Of a stretch of DNA of 64,000 nucleotides, positions 1-13,868 are shown one piece after another (the stretch's first letter is position 1; each line of letters opens with the position of its first letter). This DNA comes from Octopus sinensis (taxonomy: Eukaryota). The translations under genes were made by a program, and so were the position numbers. Location of the stretch: NCBI RefSeq assembly GCF_006345805.1, contig NC_043003.1, positions 32,302,001-32,366,000 of the forward strand, written 5' to 3'. The notes below the pieces were generated by a model. The model saw nothing but the letters and a program-made list of their open reading frames with translations, searched no databases and was not told where the DNA came from.

Positions 1-300
1 GGATCTCCACAACGGTATTAAAACTGAAGCTGTGAGCTGCATTTTCCTCTTTGCGAACAGACGGAAATCCGAAGGTGCTAATCTGGGGAATAGGATTGGT
101 TCAGAAGCAATACTTATATTGTTTTCGGCGCGAAACCCACGAGTGACGAGAGCTTGGTGTTAGTTTGTGTTGTTCTCGTAAAGAAACCAATTTGGCGGGG
201 ATATGCGCGGGAGAAGTGGATAATGTTGGCACCATGGCTTTGCTATCTATACAGGTTGGTTCGGCATTCTTAATATATCTGGAAGCGCCTCAGCAATGAT
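1..300 (-). mobile_element. mariner transposase fragment (C-terminal part, decayed)
   Basis: Minus strand encodes PYSPDLAPSDFRLFAK (mariner YSPDLAP motif); similar to the copy at 51460-52010; continues off the window edge. Confidence 0.65.
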
Positions 301-602
301 TTGTACATTCGTTATTGATTTTAATCTCATTTTTTGACGCCCAACTTGCGACCCTATTATTTCAATTTCATTATTGATTATTAATTATTTATTTTTGGAT
401 ATTCCCCACTTTCCACCAAAGGTTTTTTCGATCTTATCAAAATATTTAAATCTACATTTATGTTTTACTGTTAATTTTCACACACCCCAATCACCTAACT
501 TGCAACGAAAATTACCCATTATGGTTAGAAAACTGGCCAGTCAATCAAATTAAAATACTTATCGGTTGATTTGAATTACAAGTACATTTTCATTCAGTAA
601 TC

Positions 603-656
603 GTCACAAGTGTCCGGTGAACAGGAACGTGAAACTCTGAGTTACAGTTTTGTGAC
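603..656 (+). other. degenerate hammerhead-like remnant (probable Penelope-like repeat end)
   Basis: Imperfect stem II-like hairpin gtccggtgaacaggaac, then GAAAC, near-palindromic AACTC-T-GAGTT, and flanking inverted repeat gtcacaa/ttgtgac; the CUGANGA box is missing. Confidence 0.3.
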
Positions 657-760
657 AATTTCGCAACTTTAATGAAAGTATATGTATAAATAAATAAATA
701 AATAAATAAATACATATATATATATAAAATAAAAGTATATGTATAAATAAATAAATAGAT

Positions 761-809
<49 letters not shown>

Positions 810-812
810 ATA

Positions 813-995
813 TAGGAAGAATTCATGAAAAAAAACAAAAGACGAAGACAGGTGGTGTAGAAAACAAACAGATGTATTAGTATAACGCTCAGGAATTGAA
901 AAAGTATTTTACGTTTCGAGCCGACGCACTTCCACAGAAAGGAACACACAAAGAAACAAGGAGAGCAAAAAATGTGTGTTATGGCTACCGATCTA

Positions 996-997
<2 letters not shown>
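813..997 (-). mobile_element. Penelope-like pLTR fragment with hammerhead-like motif (907-940)
   Basis: Inverted homolog of 1221-1421; minus strand reads ttt-CTGTGGA-agtgcgtcggctc-GAAAC-GTA-aaa. Confidence 0.55.
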
Positions 998-1074
<77 letters not shown>

Positions 1075-1100
1075 TATACATATGTATATAAATATATATA

Positions 1101-1153
<53 letters not shown>

Positions 1154-1163
1154 TATACATATG

Positions 1164-1209
<46 letters not shown>

Positions 1210-1220
1210 TTTTCGCAATA

Positions 1221-1421
1221 ATAGATCGCTAGCCACTACACATTTTTTATTTTTTCTCTTTATTTTCTCTCTTTGGTTCTTTCTGTGTTCCTTTCTGTGG
1301 AAGAGCGTAGGCTCGAAACGTTAAAGCCTTTTTCACTTCCCGAGCGTTATACTAATAGATCTGTTTGATGTCTACACCATCTGTCCTCGTCTTTTCTTTG
1401 TTTTTTTGTGTGAATTATCCA
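1221..1421 (+). mobile_element. Penelope-like pLTR fragment with hammerhead-like motif (1291-1326)
   Basis: cttt-CTGTGGA-a-gagc(gtag)gctc-GAAAC-GTT-aaag: stem I 4 bp, stem II 4 bp, palindromic AACGTT. Confidence 0.6.
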
Positions 1422-3689
1422 TATATACACACACACACACGCACATATATATGTGTGTGTGTGTCTGTGTATGTATATTTGTATGTATGTACATGTATAT
1501 GCATACAGACACACTTTTATATGCATCTGAATGATCTTACATATTCCCTGTTTCATGACTTGATTTCAATTGTAATCTCCTAATTAGCCGTAAACTGCAT
1601 GTTTTATGAAGCTCTGATTTGTCAGTTCCTTACATATCCAAGTGCACGTATGATCACATATAAGCTATAATGCGAATGCTGGGTTGTGGATCAAAAGATT
1701 GAACGCAAAAGAGTGAAAACAATGCTTGTTAAACGAAAGCATGACACAAATTTCCGCCCCTTACAATCATTTGATCACTGGACATATTCATTTTTAAACT
1801 GAAAGAAAGAAAAGCGAAAGTTCAGTTTTAAGAAAATTTATAGAGCAGATTTATTCGAAAAATATAGTATTTATATTTTCGCTTATCACTTTAAAAACAG
1901 GCTTTTCAAAAATATTCTTTTGAAAACGCTATATAGTTGTCTTTTGAGACTGATTTACTTGTTTTCTGAAAACATTTGAAACTCAGTGTTTTGCTTTTTA
2001 TACATTGTTTTACCACACTGAAGTATGCCGTTGATTTTCATGTATTTTCTTTGGAAAGCGAATTTTCCAGGTTCACACATAATCATTTTTTTTTTACTAG
2101 ATACCTTCTTTCTCTCAACTAAAACTGTTAATATTAATATCTCTTGTATCACACCTTTTGAATATTTAAAATTGTAAAGAGACAGAAAAAGGATTATAAT
2201 TCGTTTTTTGAATGTTGCAGGCCAAAGCATGAAATCATCAGCTCCTTGTTCAAAGAAAAACAATTTCAGCATAATTATTTGTAAACTTAACAGAAATTCA
2301 AGCAATAGTTAAGAACATGAGTATGCATTCCATAAAGATAATCGGTGTACTTTCAAGTAGAAAGTCAAAGGTAGTTTACCAGGTATCTGGAAGTGTTTCG
2401 GTAGTAGCAACAGATTAGGCTTAATCAAATGCCTTTTAGTAATCGAATCATTTCGTCAGATGATTTAACGATTATTTGTTTACTTCAGATGGTATAAATT
2501 CAATATGCAAGCTAACTAGTTCTTTGCAATGTTCCGAACATCTCAAGTAATTAGTTTAATAATCGTGCACAAAGCATGTATATGTTGTTTAAGTAAGCAA
2601 TACGTATGAAGAAGGGGCTCATTATTATATGCAAGAGTTAACTGCGCTATGGTAAACATCACATTTGCTGTTTTATTTATTTTAAACATACGAATATGGC
2701 ATAATTTTCCACTTCATAACATTCCCCCAAATTTCGTGAAATTTACTGACTTGTTATCATATTCATTGTTGTTGCTGTCTGTAGAGTATTCTGTTCTGAG
2801 TGCATTCAGCGATCATAAATCATATTGAATTCCTTCTCTTCATCCTATTCTTAAGAATAATAACTGTTTAAAGAAATACGATTCTTCCCCACTTGATTCA
2901 GTATATAGCTTTTGGGTTTAATGTATAACTAATGGCAGTACACTGCTATTGTTATTTTCTATAATATTGGAATGGAGACTTCTATAATATTAGAATGGAG
3001 AATTCATATATCTCGCGTAATTTATTCATATATATCAAAATACATTATTCCTGCGTGATAAAGTTATTATTCACCTTATCACGATGGTGAATAGATGTTT
3101 AATTCTGTGGCAGAGATAATTGTTAGGGTTGTGTAGTCTAGATATGAACCTGGGTGGCATACGTTATTTCATCACTAAATCTGCTAAAACTATCTAATAG
3201 ATGTTTATTAGAGTGGTAGCAGCTGTATACACAGAGATATTAATTATGCAATGTGTTATCACGTTTCCATAATAAATCTATAAACGGTAACGTGATAAAT
3301 GTCTGACCTGTTTTTTTAACTCTCCTGATACATGATCAGGTGCTTATAGATAGTTTCGAAAATTTGGGAAGATCCTCAAGTTATCGTTGTGCAAAATGTT
3401 TATTTTTCAAAGTTACATCGTACATTCACGCGTGTTTGCACCACACATATACCTATATATATATATATATATATATGAACATATGTGTGTATGTATGTAT
3501 GTATGTATGCAATAGAATCAAAAAGTTTATGATCAGATTATCAAAACTTATTTTGAAAGCAACATCTCCAGAATGGAAATGATAGATTCTGGTGAAATAG
3601 TTTATTAATGTATAGTTACATACATTGGGGGACATAATTAACTCAGCAACTAAACAAAACTAAGAAATAAGAGAAAAACGTAAACCTTA

Positions 3690-4620
3690 GACCCATCAAA
3701 ATATCCGCCCCTGGCCACGATCACTGCGGATCTTATTCGGGGCATTCTTTCGAGCAATAAAAGCAAATATTCGCTGGTAATATTTTGACCCACCTTTTGT
3801 AAGAGTGTCCGGGAACTTTCTGGACGACTCGGTTGTCTATTTTTGAATAAGATCTAAGTCATCCCACTCAGTATCAATGGGATTGCAATCGGAGTATTGG
3901 GCCGGCCATTCCATTCTAGTAAACTTTTCCCGACCATTTTCTACTGTAAATAGCTTTTGCATGGACTAGATATAAGTTTAGGATCATTATCTTGCACCAG
4001 TATGAAATTACCATCGATCAGCCTAATCTCCGATAGAATATATGACACTGGAGTATGCAGTGATACCCGTTTTGGTTCAGTATTCCTGTTAACCGATGTA
4101 TAACTCCAGCACCGTTGGCTGCAAAACACCTCAACACCATCAGATTTTCTCCCAACATGCTTTAATGTTGTAACTGTACAATCAGGAGTCATCCGTTCAC
4201 CAATTCTTCACCTCGCATAAATCTACACTGGGATCCAAAGATTTCAAACTTGTTTCCATCAATCAATGGTCCAATGTTGGTGTTTTCTGGCCCATATGAG
4301 TCGCTTGCGTTTATTCATAGGCTGAAGCAGTGGTTTTCTGGCAGTACATCGGCCATTTAGACCAGCAGCAATGAGTCTTCGCTTCACGGAGTAGAAGACA
4401 CGTTAGCCTTGCCGCCTTCACTTACTTGTGCAATGATTTCATTTGCTGTCAGGCGCCTATTTCGAAGACTGATGACTCTGATGACCTTATCCTGTGACTT
4501 AGAAGTCACATCTGGAGGACCTAGCTGAGCTCTCTTGTTATTTATCGTGTTCCATTACGCCTTACAATGGCTTGTAATGTAGGAAACTAACTTTTTTGGC
4601 TATATCTCGAAAACAATAGC
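3690..4620 (-). mobile_element. Tc1-family transposase remnant
   Basis: Minus-strand motifs across frameshifts: ISLRNRRLTANEI, KFEIFGS, FILVQDNDPK, MEWPAQYSDCNPI (WPAQSPDLNPIE-like), ERMPRIRSAVIVARGG; 5' side interrupted by a SINE. Confidence 0.8.
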
Positions 4621-4624
4621 CTTC

Positions 4625-4861
4625 ACTCTTTTACTCTCTTTTTACTCTTTTACTTGTTTCACGCATGTGACTGTGACCATGCTGGAGCATCGCCTTTAGT
4701 CGTGCAAATCGACACAATGACTTATTATTTGTAAGCCTAGTACTTATTCTACCGGTATCTTTTTCCGAACCGCCAAGATACGAGACGTAAACACACCAGC
4801 ATCAGATATCAACCGATATTGGGGGAGGCGAACACAGACACAAACACACACACACACACAT

Positions 4862-4892
<31 letters not shown>

Positions 4893-5207
4893 ATATATAT
4901 ATATATATACACAAACATACACATACATACATATATATATATATAATTACGTATGCACTAAGCCACTTGGTGTTAAATGGATGTACTATTAAATTAGTAT
5001 CCAACTTTCTCACCCTCATTAGTTGTTTATATATATATATATATACGATGGGCTTCTTTCAGTTTCCGTCTACCAATCCATTCACAAGGCTTTGGTCGGC
5101 CCGAGTCTATAGTACAAGATACATGCCCAAGGTGCCACACAGTGGGATGAACCCGGAACCATGTGGTTCGTAAGCAAGTTACTTACCAGGCAGCCACTCC
5201 TACGCCT
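4625..5207 (-). mobile_element. tRNA-derived SINE family A (head, internal (TA/CA)n, tail)
   Basis: Head 5045-5207 (ggcgtaggagtggctg...ggttccgggttca, A/B-box-like) and tail 4625-4850 match copies at 32485, 41395, 53265 and 55290. Confidence 0.75.
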
Positions 5208-5577
5208 ATACTTACCAAATAGCCCCTCCTACTCCTTTGACTATGTAAAATGACAATGGTTTAAATTACTTGTTTTGCCTATACTTGGGTTAATTTTAGG
5301 GGTTTCACGAATTTTATTTATTTTTAATAATTGAACCTGGGAGAAGCATTAGCACGGTTAACGCAATCAATGAGTGATGTTATCTCAAGCGACAACATAT
5401 GAGGAATGTAGATAATCGAAATGTACTGTAATGTTGTCAAAACATGGACGCTAAAGTGTATTTGACAACATTCCCAAATAGGGTTTCATTGAAGAATGGT
5501 CCTTATTTGCATATGAAATATGTATAAATAGTGTTATTTTATATCGAATAAATCTCAGACTATATGCAATACGTCAT

Positions 5578-5623
<46 letters not shown>

Positions 5624-5685
5624 TATATACATACATATATATACATATATACAGACATATAAAGATATACACAAAAATGTATCGA

Positions 5686-5717
<32 letters not shown>

Positions 5718-5772
5718 CATACATATATATACATATATACAGACATATATAGATATACACAAAAATGTATCG

Positions 5773-5808
<36 letters not shown>

Positions 5809-6346
5809 CATATATATATATATACATACATATATATATGTACATATTTAACTGTGCGTGCGTACGTGTGTGAGTGTGCTTTCGTATGTGTTATCCAATA
5901 TTAAAATTGTAGATATATATATATATATATATATAATGCTTTCGTACAGTCTTCAGTTAAAGTGAAATCGTAAAATGCATATTATATATTCAAAGAAAAA
6001 TTTTAATTTCCTTTTCCCATTTATACAGCAATGTTGCTTAAAATTCACGTTGCGCTCTCTACAGCTTCAATTCTATGCAATTACCTCCTCACCCATCAAG
6101 ATTTAATTCTTTGTCACTTTACTTGCCACCATAAATTTTATTCGTAGTTATTACCCTACGCACGTAAGCGAAAGCAGGATATTTTAATCACTCGGTTTAG
6201 TCTGTTAGTCTGTGTCTTTGCAAAATTACTGGAAAATGGCTGAACAGATTTTCACCAAAATTTAGCAAAACTTTTCATTTGGCGAGTGACTCGAAATTAT
6301 GAAGCTTCGGTTTGATTATCTTCAAACATACATAAATGTGTGACTC

Positions 6347-6380
<34 letters not shown>

Positions 6381-6979
6381 CAGTGATGGATTCGATTCTT
6401 CGTTTATTTACGAGTTGAGTTCTTAATTACACCGGAATATAAATACCTATAATGGCGAAAGACTTCTTAAATTCTATGCAATATTTTCTGTATTTCATTT
6501 TGTTCACTTTCTTTTTCGTAAGAATCGATGCGCGTCTGGTTGTGTATAGAGCATGGTATACCTATGCGCGTTAGCACGTGTTAGTACATACATAAATATA
6601 TACACAGATATGCGACTGTATGTGTGTGTGTGTGTGCGTGTGTGTGCGTGTGTGTGTGTGTGTGTGTGTGCGTGCGTGTGCGTGTGTGTGTGTGTTTATG
6701 TGTGTAAAGTGATGGATTCGAGAATTCCGTTTATTTATACTCAACGGAGTATAAATTCCTATAATGGTTATACTTAAAAAATAAATTACTTCGTTTCATT
6801 TATAAAGCATGGGTAAGCAACGCATTGTAAGCCACTCTCTAATTTTGTGAAAAAATGTATCGGCACGCATCACCCCTCCGATGCATTCTCTATTATTATT
6901 ATTAAATTTAAATACTGAGTACAAATTCCGCCGATGAATTGTTAAAACTAATTTTAAAAAATTACATTGGACAATGTAT

Positions 6980-7700
6980 ATGTATCTGCGTGCTAGAGCA
7001 CCACCTCTTTACGATTGACCAATGATGGGTGCGTTTTCGGCAATTGTTTTGTGTAAAGTTTCCAACTGACGATAGCACTTCTCTACATTAGATGCTTCAT
7101 TTTGCTTTAACAATTCGTGATAGACGATGTCTTTTATAGCCCATCAAGCACAGAGCCCTGATTCGTAGATGAATTCTTCTTTTTTGTTGGGTGTTAACTA
7201 TTGTTGCTATTGTTGGATGTGATAATAGAGCACCGACATTTCATCACATGCAATGAATCTACCCAGAAAAGCTTCGTAATGAAGAGGAATACACTAACTA
7301 AATGACGTGAATTGCACCGTTTTACTAATTTCTGTGCAGTTTGCTTTGGATTTTCAGCAATACTATTTTCAGAAGCAAAATATTAACAGATTTAGAAGAA
7401 TTTGTGAGAAAATTTTCCCGTGCAAAATTGGTCAACCCATCGTTGACATGTCCGACCACCTAAAGCTTCATTTCCATCGACAGGACAAATGCTTCTTGCC
7501 ACTCTTATTGCTGAATAACCCACTTCGAATTCATACAGCATACAGTGACTGATAAGGGCTTGATCCAAACTCCTTTTAAAAGAATAAAATCGGTAAGATT
7601 TCAACCATTATGCTATGAAATATTCTACAAAAAAGCAAAGAAAACGAAAAAAGTTTAGAATGCCAAGAATAATGCATATATTACCATGAGTATTGAAATG
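6980..7700 (-). mobile_element. mariner transposase remnant (N-terminal to catalytic region), highly decayed
   Basis: Minus strand ARSICPVDGNEALGGRTCQRW (mariner HTH) and IKDIVYHELLKQNE...YRQL (catalytic region); many stops. Confidence 0.65.
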
Positions 7701-7789
7701 CAACAGGACTTTCAGGTTTCATACGATAAGGATTTAAACAAGTTTTGAAGCTGGTGCTACCTGGAGTGAAATGTTATGTGTTGTTTGGT

Positions 7790-7801
7790 AATATTATTAT
7801 T

Positions 7802-7843
<42 letters not shown>

Positions 7844-7944
7844 TATTATTATTATTACTATTATTATTCTTAGTAGTAGTAGTAGTAGCAGCAGCAGCAG
7901 CACTAGTAGTAGTAGTAGCAGCATCAGGTGCAGCAGCATCAGGT

Positions 7945-8005
<61 letters not shown>

Positions 8006-8050
8006 GAGTAGTAGTAGTAGCCGATGTTATTGTTGTAGTTGTTGCTACTG
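7790..8050. repeat. compound trinucleotide microsatellite (TTA)n-(GTA)n-(GCA)n
   Basis: Directly visible. Confidence 0.95.
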
Positions 8051-10630
8051 TTAGTCACTACAAATTCTGAAAAATAGCAATATATGCTAGGTTGATGACA
8101 ATCATTTATGGCGATGAATGTTGTTTAACCCTAGGCTAGTGCTGATCAAACGTTATTTCAGTCAATATACATGGAGTGTTCACAAGGATCTCTGTATTAT
8201 AACACTATCCTTGTTCAAGATGTTACATTTTGATTTGAGGTAGATTATATGTAACTTCTATTTCTAGGAGGGCAAGAGCTCAGAAAGCTCTCTGGTGGGG
8301 TTCTGATTGTTGCTCTCATTGTTGTTGTATGAAGTATTGTTATTAGTGTTAGCGAAGGTGACAATGAACACGATGGCGACGCAGTCACTGCAAATGCGTG
8401 TCATTGGTGAAACGTTACTTCATGGTAATTTACAGCAATTGCAGTAATAGTTATTGCTTTTCATCGTATTCAAGCGATCGAAGGAATCGACCACTTCCTG
8501 CAAGAGTGTTGCTTCAAATATATTGTGCATGATTTAGTTGACGAATGCATTGCTTCTCCAACATGCAGTCGTTAGTCCTTTGAAGCGCGAAGCTTACATT
8601 ATTCGCAAAATGAAGTGACGTCAGATTTCCATTAGTCAATGTCTATGTACCTGTAGATTCTAATAGTGACCCCAAAAGACACGGGTTATGTGAAATTGCT
8701 GCATCCCCTTCTTTATAATTGGTGGTATTAAGTTAAAGCTGTGTGTATGGAACTAGGGGACGGTAACGTTACAGACGCTGCTGCTATTTTTCTATAAATG
8801 TCTACCACTCTGCATTAAATGTGATATATTTCTTTGTTACTATATGAAACATCATTTAATTTGCGTTGCATCCGTAACATTGTGTCCATGTAATTAATTT
8901 AAATATTTCTCGAAAGAGAGTTATAGTAATCTAAGACCGTTTCCTAACTCAACCTCCGGTTAACCCCGAAGCAATGGACGGATAATCAAATCATTTCCAG
9001 TGTTATTTTTCTCTTAGTGTATTGCTACTGCTACATTGTGTTACGTGTACTTTCTTTTTAAATAAGATTTGAGCTAGAATTAGCATCTATTTTTAGCACT
9101 CATTCAATGACTTTCTCTCACTATTGCTATGAGGGCTATTTCTAACCTGTTTCATTTTTTGCGGTTATTTTTAGGTATGTACGTGTGCATGTTCGTATGC
9201 GGATGTGTGTTTGTGTGTGTATGTTTGTGTGCACGCGTGTGCATATTCATTTTTTCTTTGTTTGTTTTCTTTTTGTCACGCTAGTTATTATTATATTTTC
9301 CTGAGGTGATTAAGTACAGAAATCAAAATTGATTTTTGGAATGTTGTTTCAAGATGAAATCGGTCAATTCACGCGATAATAAATGCACTGAAATACTTCA
9401 ACAAAAAGTAGAAGAAAGAATGAGAAATTAAACTTTGAACCTCATATATCGACATGTACAGCAAAAAGGAAGTGATCGAATGTAAAATAAATTGAAAACA
9501 AATCTAAGATAGAAATCAGTATTTGGTAATCATATTTCTGTTTATCTCATTTTTCATCATATTTGATATTGAATATTTATAATATCTGTGTATGCATTGT
9601 TTCAGTCTGTTTATTCTCATATACATACACATTTTTCTTCGCTTATTCAGACACATAAACTCTCTCTTTCCGTGTAAGGCGCACTCCAGCATACAAAATG
9701 AAACGTTTACTTGTATATATACATATACTATGACATAAACAAAGGTTATTTTACAGTCGTTTCATTTTCAACTGCAACTATATATAGCATGCATATATAA
9801 ATATATATAAATATAAATGTATCACATGCATGCGTATTTGTATATTTGATCAATTTTGTTATCGTTCAAACAGTGTGAGCTATTTACAAAATTCGGAAAA
9901 TTTGGCCTGGAGATAAAAGAAGAAACGAAACTCTTACCTAATTAACGATTTCCAAAAATCATACAGATCCTTCAATAGACTAAATAACATCCTATTCTTC
10001 ATCAACACCAAATAAACACGCCGTTAAACTTGATGAATATCATAATTCGCCCCCCTCAGTAAAATGATAATGTCACTGTTATCTTATGAAACCGCATTTA
10101 GCGCATTATAAAAAAAGGTATACATATGAATCTGACCCCAGAAGGATTATGTATTCTAATATTACAACTAATAACTACCTTACAAATTAAATAAATACAA
10201 ATTTTAATACAGAAAGACACTTTGCCATCACTTCTGGGCGAAGTGTAAAAATATTTCCATTCAAAGCCAGTTTTAGATGGCGGGATCAGAATGTTAATGT
10301 TGATGGTAATTAGAGTGGATGTTATGCATTGTTGGAGCATATCTTAGCAGCATTTAATTCGATTCTTTCAGTATTCACGGTGGCTTTCTTAAATTCTAAA
10401 TATCATTGCTGATGCTCTACAGGTGAAATACAATTGCATCAATCGTATGAGAATGAACACCTACCCGCTACATTTTCTTTTATCTGCAAGAAGGGAGAGA
10501 AAGACAACACAAACAGTAAAGCCAACAAATGAAGAACAATATCCAGATTCCTCATGGTGTCAAAAGATAAGTGAGTTGTGTAAGGTAAGATAGTTTCAAT
10601 AGAAGTGTGATATCGTAGGTTTGTAACAAA

Positions 10631-11072
10631 CAGGTCAACTCATAAGTTCTGTCCGAATTTTGAATACAGAAAACAAGTGATCAAATGTTATATTTAATTG
10701 AAATTTAATCATCAATGTACATTCCCCTGATTATCTATGACTTTATTCCATCTATTTACAAGCTTTTTTAATCCCATCAATGTAAAACTCTTTTGGTTTC
10801 AAAGCGAAGAACTCTGAAATGTCAGTTTCGACCTCCTCCTCGCTTGCGAAAGTTATATCCCCCAAATGATTCTGTAAACTACGAAACAAATGGTAGTCTG
10901 AAGGAATAAGGTCAGGAGAAAAAGGTGGAGGAGTAGGTTTTTCCAACCAAGCTATTCGATCTACTGCGATGTGATCTTTGCAGTGTTGGGTCGCGCATTG
11001 TCCTGATGAAACATCACTCCTTTTCGATTCACTAAAGCAGGTCTTTTTTCCTTCAAAATTTGGTTCTGTCAA
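10631..11072 (-). mobile_element. mariner 3' half with TIR-like end
   Basis: ORF 10752-11072 contains PPFSPDLIPSDYHLFRSLQNHL...FFALKPKEFYIDGI; TIR-like caggtcaactcataagttctgtccgaatttt at ~10631-10661. Confidence 0.85.
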
Positions 11073-11074
11073 CT

Positions 11075-11192
11075 AAATCCACTCACAGGGCATTGGTAGG
11101 CCCGACGCTATAGTAGAAGACACCTACTGAGGATCCCACACAGTGGGAATGAACCCGGAATTATGTGATTGGGAAGCGAGCTTCTTACCACT
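11075..11192 (-). mobile_element. SINE family A head fragment
   Basis: Homologous to 5045-5207. Confidence 0.65.
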
Positions 11193-11356
11193 TGCAGGCC
11201 AATATTTCCGAGTCTTCTTACAGGGCTTAGAAAAACTGAAACACGGCTGCAATTAGTGTGTGAATCTGATAAGGGAATATACTGAATAAAATCAAAATTA
11301 ACTGATTCCCCTGTATTCCCTTTTACCTAAAGCAAGGAACGTTTCAGCACCCCTCT

Positions 11357-11430
<74 letters not shown>

Positions 11431-12409
11431 TATATATATGAACTAAGTGATATGATATATATGTAAAAAATGTAATATATAAATAAATATCTGTAAATAC
11501 AAATCATCCGTTCTTCTGATTACCTCATTTCTTCTAATATATATATATACAGTGCATTGCCAACATATACACAGTAATTGTAAACACTGGACCACTGTTT
11601 GAGTTTTATATTCAACTTTTCTATATATTGTTTTGTATACAACTATTTTCTAATAAGAAAACTATCAGGTATTCTATGAACACACGCCTCTCTATGTTAT
11701 GGTTGACTGAAAATATTTTCTCTCCATTTCATAATCCCTGCCGTGTCCTGTCTCAAAAACATTACTCTCCTATTTGAATGTCTCTTCCCGGCCCTCTTTA
11801 CATCTTCATGCATCAAGTAATAAAATTTAAAGCTTTTCATGTATCATTCCCGTCCAGTTTGAGACAATTGGTTGTAACATATCCTCTTATTACCGAACGA
11901 AATTAACCAAATGCACGATAGTAATCAGAAACCTTAAATAATACTTTGGGGATTTTGTTCGAAAGAGTAACTCGAGAAACAACAGAAATAATCACGTAGA
12001 TAATTACTTTACATTCATGGTCAGAGAAAGTAGCAGAACATAAATAATTATATTGTAGGCTACATATAAAGGAAATAGAAACAGTTGATTCGATTATTCT
12101 TTCATGTTTCATTCTATGATATATCCATCGACACTAATGACTCAAGGGAGTAGCGTATGACAGCTACACTTCCAAGTGTGCTGTCGAATTATCTGAAATA
12201 TCAACAAAACATTCATAGACAATGGCATATCAGTTAATATCTCGAAACAATCCGATTCCGAGTCCCACTTTAGCATCCAACGCATTGGCCGACTTTTGGC
12301 TAATTGTTGCACAGCGTTTACTGACTTGTGAGGTGAATTTGCTACAATTGAAACGACGCAAAATTATAAACGCGAGCGCACACGTACACACATACTTGTG
12401 TATGTGCGT

Positions 12410-12411
12410 GC

Positions 12412-12446
<35 letters not shown>

Positions 12447-12651
12447 TGCATACATACATATACACACACATACATACTATACATACATATATACATACAT
12501 ACATGCACACATACATACATACATACATACATACATACATACATACATACATGCACACATACATACATACATACATACATACATACATACATACATACAT
12601 ACATTCATACATAAATACATACATACATACATACATACATACATACATACA

Positions 12652-12687
<36 letters not shown>

Positions 12688-12692
12688 TATAC
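12410..12692. repeat. (TA)n/(TACA)n microsatellite
   Basis: Directly visible. Similar tracts lie at 760-812, 1000-1206, 5580-5840, 11360-11420, 41900-42165, 47670-47992, 49877-50170, 52960-53240, 53440-53520, 53760-54080 and 61130-61420. Confidence 0.95.
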
Positions 12693-12830
12693 ATGGTGGA
12701 GAAGCAAAACATATATTAAAAATTACACTAATATTTCGCAGCAACCACTACACTCACCAAACGATTTGTAGCCTAATGCAGAATAAAGAATAAATCATTA
12801 GCTACTAATAAATTCTCCTTCTTTTTGCAG

Positions 12831-12875
12831 AAACATTGGAGAATGTGACTCCGCAGGAAAAGAAACGGCAAAAGA
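12831..12875 (+). other. candidate 45-nt exon (unverified)
   Basis: Branch-like tactaat, polypyrimidine ttctccttctttttgcag acceptor and GA|GTATGC donor; phase-1 reading TLENVTPQEKKRQK is open. Confidence 0.2.
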
Positions 12876-13831
12876 GTATGCGATGCGGTTCATGCACAAG
12901 TCAATCCGAAGTGAATCTTAAGCATCGTCGCAAATTCTACAACTATATAATTGTATACTAGCCAAAGGAGATTATTTTCATAAGGATTCTATTGAAACTC
13001 CCGAATTTTGAAAGATAATTAGCAATACAGGTAGCAAAATATATCACCGATCCATAGCTAAAGGCAAAACGTTATAAAAATATTGCTTGTAACTTTAAAC
13101 AAATACATTAATTACTAAAGTACAAAAACACGAATGCTAGAAGCACAAACATGCAAAACGCCTCGTTAAAAACCTAAGTAAAAATGCAAAATCTAATACA
13201 GTTAGACATTTCATAGTTAATTCTCAAACACGAAAAGACTTCAATTCGCAACCACTTACTATATACCACGTATTAAGCAACAATTAACAAAAGCAATTCG
13301 ATATGAGTTACAGAATTATTAACAATGTCGGTTGAATTCTAATGAAAGTTAACAATGCTGGTTGAATTCTAATGACAGATCCATCGCAGATCCATCAACA
13401 GAACAGACATTAGGACACTGAAGTTGAATATTTTCACTTTATGGAAAATGCATAACAAAAACATTTCCCCACAATAAGGGTAAATATTAATTTGGGAAGG
13501 TATGAAACAAATCATATATTAGTATTAATCAAGCTGGCTTTCAAATACTGCTACTCAAAGAGAACCTAACGAAATAATGGAAAGAAAAGAAGTCCACAAC
13601 GTCAGTCATTTCGTCTTCGAGCCGAGGCAATTCTGCGTAAATGAAGAAAGGCAATTAGAAATTGGTACTGCAAAGGAGCATCGTATAACCATCAACAAGA
13701 CTGATATTTTCATAAAGACGCAAAAAGTCCCGATACTCTCATTAAAACAAATTCTGTATTCGAAATAACAGAAAGTAATGGATCACACAACGCCTCACAT
13801 CGTATCACAAACATACACATTTCCTCCCTCG

Positions 13832-13868
<37 letters not shown>

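Noticed and set aside
10423-10584. 162-nt open frame between ctacag and gtaaga
   Set aside because: Weak pyrimidine tract and no recognisable peptide; expected by chance at this scale
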